Below, in pieces: positions 9,654 to 16,864 of a DNA stretch of 32,000 nt. Under the pieces are notes generated by a model. It saw only the letters and a list, made by a program, of their open reading frames with translations, had not been told where the DNA came from and did not search any database. The stretch is taken from contig JBHLKY010000017.1 in the NCBI GenBank assembly GCA_048886185.1, forward strand, positions 70,659-102,658, written 5' to 3'. A program made the translations under genes and the position numbers. Within the stretch, counting starts at the first letter, position 1; each line of letters opens with the position of its first letter. Origin of the DNA: Candidatus Hermodarchaeota archaeon. Lineage in GTDB: Archaea > Asgardarchaeota > Heimdallarchaeia > Hodarchaeales > Hodarchaeaceae.

Positions 9654-10220
9654 TTATTTCGTCTTTTGTTTATATTTCCATTCTAATATTTCCTTGATTG
9701 GAATAAAAACATGAGAACTAAGATGTGTTATAGAATCTGAACTTTTTCCGAATTTTTCTTCGATGTTCCGCATAGCCTCTTGATAGATGGGGACAGTTTC
9801 AGGTGTAAGCGGTACTATTTTAATAAATGATTGACTGTCTTTCAATTCATCTTGGTATTGAATTATCCACTCGATAAGATTGGATGTGACTAAACCTTTA
9901 GTTTTCATTGTTTCTAGTTCATTTTGAGGTTTTCTTTCAGGTTCTTCTTGCCTTTTTTTAATGATTTCCCAGTCAAGCGAAAAGTAACGTGTTTTTAATG
10001 CTTTCGTGTCTTCTTCTTTTTCTTCCCACTTGACAATACCTGCATCATCCATTTTTCGTAAATGGTGAACGATAGTCGTCTTCCCTTTGTGAAGAAGATC
10101 GCTTAGTTGTTTTACTGTCAATTCCTGGTAAATTACTAAACAGATATAGATTGCGAGTCGAGTCTCATCTTGGAGAACTGGGAATACTTGTAGAGGGAGA
10201 GAATCCGACTGTGATCTCAT
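9654..10220 (-). CDS. ArsR-like winged-helix transcriptional regulator
   Basis: VLQDETRLAIYICL...LTVKQLSDLLHKGKTTIVHHLRKMDDAGIV...TRYFSL. Confidence 0.85.
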   Translation of the reverse strand: MRSQSDSLPLQVFPVLQDETRLAIYICLVIYQELTVKQLSDLLHKGKTTIVHHLRKMDDAGIVKWEEKEEDTKALKTRYFSLDWEIIKKRQEEPERKPQNELETMKTKGLVTSNLIEWIIQYQDELKDSQSFIKIVPLTPETVPIYQEAMRNIEEKFGKSSDSITHLSSHVFIPIKEILEWKYKQKTK

Positions 10221-10243
10221 CTTTTTTCCAATTCTTATTGCAC

Positions 10244-10356
10244 TATTTATAGTATAGTTTTGCGCTAAACTATATACTTATAAATTTATAGTTCAGTGCG
10301 AATTCAATGGGTCATCTTGATCCAAATTTCTGAAATCTTAATATACATTATAATGT
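10244..10356. promoter_or_regulatory. Divergent promoter region with TATA boxes and three dyads
   Basis: Minus-strand TATAAATA at 10244-10251 (24-31 nt from ATG 10220). Inverted repeat TATAGTTT-n6-AAACTATA at 10253-10274. Palindromes TATAAATTTATA at 10279-10290 and ACATTATAATGT at 10345-10356. Confidence 0.5.
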
Positions 10357-10365
10357 GGTTAAATA

Positions 10366-10596
10366 ATGATAAATAACATGGACTTATTAAATATTTTGCC
10401 TCCATCTGCCCAGATTGTCTATCATGTATTACGAACGCATGAGAATCTCACTACGAATCAGATCGTATCTGAAACACGCTATTCTATTCGAACAATTAGA
10501 TATGCTCTCAGGCGTTTAATAAAAGCTCATCTGATCAAACAGATTCCAGATATTAAAGATACGCGTCGTTGTTACTACGCCATTAGAAGTCAGTAG
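10366..10596 (+). CDS. Small archaeal winged-helix (MarR-like) transcriptional regulator
   Basis: LPPSAQIVYHVL...LTTNQIVSETRYSIRTIRYALRRL...DTRRCYY matches the small archaeal LPPSAKLVY-type HTH family. The true start may be ATG 10378. Confidence 0.8.
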   Translation: MINNMDLLNILPPSAQIVYHVLRTHENLTTNQIVSETRYSIRTIRYALRRLIKAHLIKQIPDIKDTRRCYYAIRSQ

Positions 10597-10617
10597 TCAA
10601 AATGGAAGCTGAGATCT

Positions 10618-11886
10618 CTGAGGAAAACAGAAAAAGTCATTAGAAGACCACTTATTCTATGTATTCTTCTGATTTCTTTAAATCAAGTCATAATTGTTGA
10701 AATACTTGGAGAAACAACTTTTTTTCCCCAAAAACAAAACATAACTATTGAAAGAACTTACTGGCCGACAAATGGTTGGCGTAAATCTTCACCAGAGACC
10801 CAAGGGATGAACTCCACCCTACTCAAAGAGCTAATATCTTTTATTGAGAAAGAATTTCAGGGAATGCACAGTATTTTGATTGTGAGAAACGGATATATTG
10901 TCAAAGAGAAGTATTTTTCTGACAAATATTCTCAAGACACTGTTCATCAATTATATTCTTGTACCAAAAGCGTAACTTCAGCTTGTGTAGGAATTGCTGT
11001 TGATAAAGGATTCTTTGACCTTAACGATTCTGTATTAGACTTCTTTCCAGAGAAAGAGTTTGCTAATGTTGATAAAAGAAAACGTCAAATGACTATTGAA
11101 GACCTTCTCCAAATGCAGAGTGGACTTGATTGGGATGAATGGAGTATTAGTTATGAGTCCTCAACCAACATCTACCGTCAAATGCTCAGAAGCGATGATT
11201 GGGTCAAGTTTGTTCTCGATACTCCCATGAAATCGGTTCCTGGGACTGAGTTTGCATATAATACGGGAGTTAGTCATTTATTGTCAGCAATTATTCAACG
11301 AGTCACTCATATGACTACCTATGCGTTCGCAGAAAAAAACCTCTTCGAACCCCTCAATATAACCGTTGGATATTGGTATACAAGTCCTGATGATGTCGTA
11401 AATGGGGGATGTGACCTCTTCTTAACCCCTCGGGATATGGCCAAATTTGGTTGGTGCTATCTCAACAAAGGATTCTGGGATAATGAACAAATAATTTCGA
11501 AGAAATGGGTAGAACAGTCTACACGGCACTACATCAACCCTGACTTTTCTACACGGTATTATTATGGATTTCAATGGTGGATCACTCCAGAACTGTCCAA
11601 TTATTTTACTTTTACGGCACGTGGATACAGAGGCCAGTGGATATTATGTATCCCTGATTTAGATATTGTAATGGTTTGTACAGCGGACTCTGATGATCCT
11701 TACTATGATCAATTTGTTAGTAATTACATTATTCCCTCAACTTTTGGTGACCCAATGAATACTTCTCTCTATAGCTCTGAATCGTCGGATTCTTATTCAA
11801 AAATCTCTGGTTTCAAATTTAAATCTATTCAAATGAGTTCAATTCTAATATTATCTATATTAGGTATAAGAAGGAGATATTGGTGA
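10618..11886 (+). CDS. Surface-anchored serine hydrolase, beta-lactamase/penicillin-binding-like family (AmpC/NylB-like); probable non-AUG start
   Basis: Motifs S-x-x-K (SCTK), Y-x-N-like (AYNTG) and ARGYRGQ. The frame is open upstream of ATG 10807 through the family-typical YWPTNGWRKSSPETQG and a signal-like LRKTEKVIRRPLILCILLISL beginning at CTG 10618. C-terminal ISGF plus hydrophobic stretch plus RRR tail. Confidence 0.75.
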   Translation: MRKTEKVIRRPLILCILLISLNQVIIVEILGETTFFPQKQNITIERTYWPTNGWRKSSPETQGMNSTLLKELISFIEKEFQGMHSILIVRNGYIVKEKYFSDKYSQDTVHQLYSCTKSVTSACVGIAVDKGFFDLNDSVLDFFPEKEFANVDKRKRQMTIEDLLQMQSGLDWDEWSISYESSTNIYRQMLRSDDWVKFVLDTPMKSVPGTEFAYNTGVSHLLSAIIQRVTHMTTYAFAEKNLFEPLNITVGYWYTSPDDVVNGGCDLFLTPRDMAKFGWCYLNKGFWDNEQIISKKWVEQSTRHYINPDFSTRYYYGFQWWITPELSNYFTFTARGYRGQWILCIPDLDIVMVCTADSDDPYYDQFVSNYIIPSTFGDPMNTSLYSSESSDSYSKISGFKFKSIQMSSILILSILGIRRRYW

Positions 11887-12932
11887 TATTAATTACTAAG
11901 AAAACTCTTTTTATTTTCATTTTAATAGTTATTGTTATTACCCTAGTTTTTTTAGGAATTACTATGATTCCTCTCCTATCTAAACTTCATGTCACTTATG
12001 ATGTTTACGTACAAGGGAATTATGCTTATATCACAAATAATGATGGCACAAAAATTATTGATATAAGTAATCCTAGCAATCCACGGACGTTAGGACAAGT
12101 ATCTACTAGTGATGGAGCATTTGGAGTATTTATCAAAGAAAACTTGGCTTATATTGCGAGTTATAGTAATGGATTTATCATCGCAAATATCACTATACCA
12201 GAAAATCCAGAGATTGTAGGTGAACATTCTGATGGAGGGAGCGCTTTTAGTGTATGGATTGAGGGATTATATGCCTATGTTACTGACTATCCTCATGGAT
12301 TAGAGATTTTTAATGTTACAAATCCCAGAGAGATTGCTAAAATTAGTGTCTATAATGATAAGGGAGAATTCCGAGATATCGCACTAAAAAATGGATATGC
12401 TTATCTTGCTGATCCCCAGTATGGTTTAAAAATTTTGAATGTTTCAGATCCTACCTCCCCAGAAAAAGTTAGAACGGTTTCAGGGACTTATGGAGTGCTT
12501 GACATATATATTCATGGAAATTTACTCTTCCTTGGATGTCACCAAAATGGAGTCCATATTCTCAATATCTCAAATCCCCACTCCCCAGAAAGCTTAGGAC
12601 AATATTATAAGTCTGAAAATGAAGCTTATGGAGTCAGTGGAAACAGAACACACCTTTATGTTGCTGATCTGCAAAAAGGGGTGTATGTTCTAAATATTAC
12701 GGATCCATCTCTGCCTAATGAAATCTTTTCTTATGATAATGCCGCACCACATGATATTTTTATGGATGGTAGATATATTTACCTTGCTGATCAGAACACT
12801 GAATTAATTATTCTTGAATCCAATCTTACACCTATTAGTATCTCTGTTAATACCTCCATACCAAATTTTATCTTGACAATAAGCATTTTTACTTTAATCT
12901 CTATTTTAATCCTTAAAAAGAAAAAAATGTGA
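11880..12932 (+). CDS. LVIVD repeat-containing surface protein
   Basis: Repeats such as YAYITNN-DGTKIIDISNPSNP, YAYLADPQYGLKILNVSDPTSP and HLYVADLQKGVYVLNITDPSLP. N-terminal TM. C-terminal IPNF-TM-KKKK. AAGGAG at 11871-11876 precedes TTG/GTG. Confidence 0.88.
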   Translation: MVILITKKTLFIFILIVIVITLVFLGITMIPLLSKLHVTYDVYVQGNYAYITNNDGTKIIDISNPSNPRTLGQVSTSDGAFGVFIKENLAYIASYSNGFIIANITIPENPEIVGEHSDGGSAFSVWIEGLYAYVTDYPHGLEIFNVTNPREIAKISVYNDKGEFRDIALKNGYAYLADPQYGLKILNVSDPTSPEKVRTVSGTYGVLDIYIHGNLLFLGCHQNGVHILNISNPHSPESLGQYYKSENEAYGVSGNRTHLYVADLQKGVYVLNITDPSLPNEIFSYDNAAPHDIFMDGRYIYLADQNTELIILESNLTPISISVNTSIPNFILTISIFTLISILILKKKKM

Positions 12933-14140
12933 ATAAATTGCCAACCAAACTTTACTTCTTGAATTGTATTTTTATCATTCTCATTTTAGTTGTTGGAATC
13001 CCAAAAGCAAGTGTATCTGCAATAAACTATCAGTACATTGAACTTACCAAGATGGGGGAGATCGGTACTGGAGGTGATGCATATGATATCTGGGTTGATG
13101 AAAATAATGAACTTGCATATGTTACGTGTGGATATTTTGGTTTCCGAATTTTCAATGTGAGCATCCCTTCCAATCCTATCTTACTATCTCATACTCCTGA
13201 ATCCCCTGCAATTATTGAAACTGGTCATTCAACAGCATTCGCTCACCAGATGTACGTAGATACCAGGGAGGATATTATAACTTATATTGGAGATGGTGCT
13301 GGAGGATTAAAGATTATGAATTGTAGTGATCCCCATAATCCTTATGTTATTGCTACGTTCGCTGAAGGTTATGCTTGGACTCCTGTTATTATTGAAGATA
13401 CAGGTTTTGTAGTTAATGGTTTTATGGGAAGAGGAAATCCTGGATTCATGATCTTTAATGTATCAAATCCCATTAATCCTTCCCTAATCTTCAATTACAC
13501 CACTTCAGTTGATGTGGTCGATTTGGGGCTCGTAGATAATCGTGCATATATTGCAACTTCTAATGGTGAAATGATAATATTAGATATCAGTAATTATTCC
13601 TCTCCTTCAGTATTAGGGGAATATATTGGATCATTAGGGAGTTTTTTAGGAGAAATAGAAGTTTTTGAAAATATTGCATTTTTAGTTTATTGGGAAGATG
13701 GTCTGAAGATATGTGATGCTTCTGATCCATTAAATATTACTGTGATTGGAATTTTTGAAGAAACTCATCTTACATCGTTTTTTCTTGATGTTGATACTAA
13801 TATAGGGTATCTAGCTTCATATGATGATGGTTTAGTTGTTCTAAACCTCACTGATCTGACTTCACCTCAAGAAATTGGACGATATAAAGATACTGGGAAA
13901 GTTTATCGGGTCATGAAAAGAAAAAATCTAATCTATATAACAGACCAAGATGAGGGATTGAAAATTTTGAAAATGGAATTTATGAATAGTTCTCAAACAC
14001 AAATTTCTTCCTCTACTGATTCATCCTTTGAAAAATCGTTTCTTAGCACTAGTGCAAGGATAAGGAACACATCAACACCAAGTTTTGAATTACTTGTAGG
14101 GATTTTAGTATTGCTAGTTACAAGAAAAAGGAAGAGCTAG
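12929..14140 (+). CDS. LVIVD repeat-containing surface protein
   Basis: Repeats LAYVTCGYFGFRIFNVSIPSNP and IGYLASYDDGLVVLNLTDLTSP. Signal peptide, Ser/Thr linker and TPSFE-TM-RKRK tail. GTGA overlap with the upstream stop. Confidence 0.88.
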   Translation: MNKLPTKLYFLNCIFIILILVVGIPKASVSAINYQYIELTKMGEIGTGGDAYDIWVDENNELAYVTCGYFGFRIFNVSIPSNPILLSHTPESPAIIETGHSTAFAHQMYVDTREDIITYIGDGAGGLKIMNCSDPHNPYVIATFAEGYAWTPVIIEDTGFVVNGFMGRGNPGFMIFNVSNPINPSLIFNYTTSVDVVDLGLVDNRAYIATSNGEMIILDISNYSSPSVLGEYIGSLGSFLGEIEVFENIAFLVYWEDGLKICDASDPLNITVIGIFEETHLTSFFLDVDTNIGYLASYDDGLVVLNLTDLTSPQEIGRYKDTGKVYRVMKRKNLIYITDQDEGLKILKMEFMNSSQTQISSSTDSSFEKSFLSTSARIRNTSTPSFELLVGILVLLVTRKRKS

Positions 14141-14159
14141 ACATCAAAAGAGATTATTG

Positions 14160-14507
14160 TTAACATGTTAAGTGTAAAGCAGCAGCTATTCTCTTTTCTC
14201 CCTTCATTAACGCATTATATTCACTAACGGCCTCTGGACTCTTTTTTACTATTGTTTTGATCCCCATATCCTCCAGTTTAGAGAGAATTTCCTTGGAAAC
14301 TTTCATAATTCCAGAGTAGCCAGTACCAATAACAAGAATATCTGGTTTCCGCTTAATAATCTCCTGTAGATCTTCCAAATGAAGGTTGTGACCTTCTTTC
14401 CGCCACCAATTCGGAAGAATTTCGTCTGAAACAATCATAATATCTTTGGAGTAAGTTTTATCACCAATTGTTATACTTCCAAAACTATATTTCTTGATTA
14501 AATGCAT
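14160..14507 (-). CDS. Mth938-like domain protein (DUF498/DUF598 family)
   Basis: IKKYSFGSITIG...WWRKEGHNL...PDILVIGTGYSG...AVSEYN...AAALHLTC. ATG 14507 is preferred over GTG 14519. Confidence 0.88.
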   Translation of the reverse strand: MHLIKKYSFGSITIGDKTYSKDIMIVSDEILPNWWRKEGHNLHLEDLQEIIKRKPDILVIGTGYSGIMKVSKEILSKLEDMGIKTIVKKSPEAVSEYNALMKGEKRIAAALHLTC

Positions 14508-14541
14508 GATATCTCGCACTTATGAGATTTAAATATAAAAA

Positions 14542-14955
14542 ATGAATGGAATCAAACTTGAATATGGGTCAATCATGATGACAGAAGACGAAAAATCGTT
14601 AGAGAAGTCTCAAGAATCACTTTTACAGTCATATAATGACATAATAACTATTTTAAAGGCTATGGGGCATCCTAATCGCTTAAAAATTTTGATACTTCTC
14701 CTCACTGAACCTCTGTCATTTCAAACACTGCTTGAGGAACTGAAACTTAAGAAATCAGCCCTAGCCAGTCATTTAACTTCACTTAAGGACAATTTACTCA
14801 TTGAAAAAATTCAACATGGAACTTATAAGATAACAAACGATGGGGTGAGTTTTTTACAGGCAATTGAGAGAACTTATACTCAATCTAAATCCCGAGAGAT
14901 GTCTCAACAAAGGTACCGACCCGTAAAGACTTTTTTAGATAGAAAAAAGGAATGA
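14542..14955 (+). CDS. ArsR family transcriptional regulator (no Cys)
   Basis: LKAMGHPNRLKILILL...LSFQTLLEELKLKKSALASHLTSL...GTYKIT. The start may be ATG 14575 or 14578. Confidence 0.88.
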   Translation: MNGIKLEYGSIMMTEDEKSLEKSQESLLQSYNDIITILKAMGHPNRLKILILLLTEPLSFQTLLEELKLKKSALASHLTSLKDNLLIEKIQHGTYKITNDGVSFLQAIERTYTQSKSREMSQQRYRPVKTFLDRKKE

Positions 14956-15001
14956 AGTTCACTCAAGCGCGGAATATTGTTCAGCCACGAACGGAATATA
15001 T

Positions 15002-15015
15002 ATTTAGTACTAAAT
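15002..15015. promoter_or_regulatory. Perfect 14-bp palindrome ATTTAGTACTAAAT, candidate operator
   Basis: Lies in the 100-bp gap between the ArsR gene and the TsaA-like gene, next to an ATATATAT tract. AGGAGA at about 15042-15047 precedes TTG 15056. Confidence 0.45.
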
Positions 15016-15055
15016 TAAACCCAATTTAAAACTGAAAACTTAGGAGAACCAGGTA

Positions 15056-15526
15056 TTGAACAGTAGAAATGAGACATTTACTATTTTTCCGATAGGTCAT
15101 ATCAAAAGATCTGAGGATGAAGTATATATTGAAATTTTAGAGAAATTTATTCCTGCCCTTAAGCAATTGGAACACTTCAGCCATATTCAGATACTTTGGT
15201 GGGCAAATAAAGTCGATTCCAAGGAGTATCGCAATAGATTAGATTGTGTACCACCATATGGAGAAAATCCTCCAGTCACAGGAGTTTTTGCAACTCGAGC
15301 AGAATATCGTCCTAATCCCATCGCATTAACCACTGCACAAATAAAGGATGTTAACCATGAAGAAGGCTTGGTTAAAATTCAAAATATTGATGCAATTGAT
15401 AATACTCCAGTTTTGGATATCAAAGCTTATTTTCCAGTTTGTGATCGTGTGAAAAAAGCCATTATACCTGAATGGATTGTCGGATGGCCAGAATGGCTTC
15501 CAGAAGAGGGTTTAGGACTTAACTAA
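15056..15526 (+). CDS. tsaA: TsaA/TrmO-like SAM-binding domain protein (tRNA m6t6A37 methyltransferase family)
   Basis: FPIGHI, ALKQLEHFSHIQILWW, GVFATRAEYRPNPIALT, IDAIDNTPVLDIKAY. Stand-alone domain, so tRNA activity is not assured. Confidence 0.82.
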   Translation: MNSRNETFTIFPIGHIKRSEDEVYIEILEKFIPALKQLEHFSHIQILWWANKVDSKEYRNRLDCVPPYGENPPVTGVFATRAEYRPNPIALTTAQIKDVNHEEGLVKIQNIDAIDNTPVLDIKAYFPVCDRVKKAIIPEWIVGWPEWLPEEGLGLN

Positions 15527-15570
15527 GAAAAAAATGGATCTAATAGTCCCTGAGAAAAGGAATACAAATA

Positions 15571-16116
15571 ATGATAAAAAAAGTTGAACCAGAACGGATT
15601 ACTATAATCAATCGAGGTAAACCCTTAAGACTGCTAGGTTGTGTTTTTTACGGTGATCCGTTTCACTCTGTCGGAGGATGGAGTGAGGAAAACGAGATTG
15701 GGCTCACATGGCAAAGATTTATGCGATTATATGAAAAACATAAGGCTTTTATTCAACAATTTTGTATGAAGTGTGAGGTAATGTACGAAGTCCACTTGGA
15801 ACCAGAAGAATACAAAAATACAAAGAAGTTCTATGTTTTTACAGGAATAGAAATAACTGATTCACCTGAAATACCTCTAGAATTGTTTAATATGACACTT
15901 CCAGTTTCAAAATATGGTATTTTTACTTTTAAAGGGGAAAATATCTTTAGAGGAGGAGAATTCATTTATAATGAGTGGTTACCTGATTCTAATTACGAAG
16001 AAGCGCATCCCTTTCTTATCCAAGCTTACGATCAACGCTTCAAAGGAATGGAAAGTTCCTTGCTTGAAGAATCAGAACTTGATTATCATATTCCGATTAA
16101 ACTCAAGGTCTACTAG
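15571..16116 (+). CDS. GyrI-like small-molecule-binding domain protein
   Basis: EIGLTWQRF...MYEVH...FYVFTGIEI...LPVSKYGIFTFKG...FIYNEWLPDSNY...IQAYD...LDYHIPI. Confidence 0.85.
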   Translation: MIKKVEPERITIINRGKPLRLLGCVFYGDPFHSVGGWSEENEIGLTWQRFMRLYEKHKAFIQQFCMKCEVMYEVHLEPEEYKNTKKFYVFTGIEITDSPEIPLELFNMTLPVSKYGIFTFKGENIFRGGEFIYNEWLPDSNYEEAHPFLIQAYDQRFKGMESSLLEESELDYHIPIKLKVY

Positions 16117-16140
16117 AGGTGACCAATACTTTTCTTTCAT

Positions 16141-16554
16141 TCATAAATGGACAAGCTCAGACTCAATCCAACTAATTATTTCGTCACGAACCTCACGGAA
16201 AACTCTTAAGATCTCTTCCTCCGTACCTTGGATTGAACTGGGATCCTTGAATCCTTTATGAATAGATTTTCCTCCTCCAGGGAAAATGGGGCAATTTTCT
16301 TTCGCAGTATTACAAACTGTCACTATCAGATCCATTTTCATTCCAAGAAAATCTGTCAAACTTTTTGAGGCATGATCTGAAATATCTATCCCTATTTCTT
16401 TCATTGACATTATTGAATAAGAATTTATCTGAGATGGTTCGGTTCCAGCACTATAAACTTCATATTTATCGCTATATTTCGCCCGCAAATAACCCTCGGC
16501 CATTTGACTCCTAGCAGCATTATTCGTACAAATGAAAATCACACTTTTTTTCAT
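16141..16554 (-). CDS. arsC: Arsenate reductase ArsC (thioredoxin-coupled, LMW-PTP fold)
   Basis: P-loop CTNNAARSQMAEG, SAGTEP, resolving Cys pair VTVCNTAKENCP and FKDP. ATG 16554 gives MKKSVIF. Confidence 0.88.
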   Translation of the reverse strand: MKKSVIFICTNNAARSQMAEGYLRAKYSDKYEVYSAGTEPSQINSYSIMSMKEIGIDISDHASKSLTDFLGMKMDLIVTVCNTAKENCPIFPGGGKSIHKGFKDPSSIQGTEEEILRVFREVRDEIISWIESELVHL

Positions 16555-16604
16555 ATTGGTCACCAAAATGCTCACTATAAGATTATAGATTCATTTCTCA
16601 TTCA

Positions 16605-16778
16605 CTAATCAGGTTTTACGGGTTCTTCAACAAAAAAGAAGGCTAAGCCACAAACGAATCGTAAAAATATGTCTATTAAGACCATAATATAAATTACTGA
16701 CCATTTACCAACATTAATCATTAGCACTTCTGTAACAATCCCAGTAGTAATAGACCCAATGAACGTTACCAATCTCAT
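16605..16778 (-). pseudogene. 57-aa two-TM ORF resembling the C-terminal helices of an MFS transporter (probable remnant)
   Basis: Manual translation: MRLVTFIGSITTGIVTEVLMINVGKWSVIYIMVLIDIFLRFVCGLAFFFVEEPVKPD. An in-frame TAA three codons upstream of the ATG rules out a longer ORF. Confidence 0.4.
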
Positions 16779-16864
16779 TAGAGATTACTAACTAAAGTTC
16801 CTTGAAATATTCTCGAAAATTCAAATCATATGTATTTGAGAACCACATGCTTAATAAAGCTTAG

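Noticed and set aside
10366-11886. Pyrrolysine-type fusion of the wHTH and the serine hydrolase at TAG 10594
   Set aside because: The small wHTH is a complete stand-alone family member, no pyl genes are in view, and TAG ends other normal genes here. Kept only as a minor alternative in the non-AUG start finding.
14542-16575. An ars resistance operon (ArsR plus ArsC)
   Set aside because: The genes are on opposite strands and separated by unrelated genes, the ArsR has no Cys, and no arsenite exporter is present.
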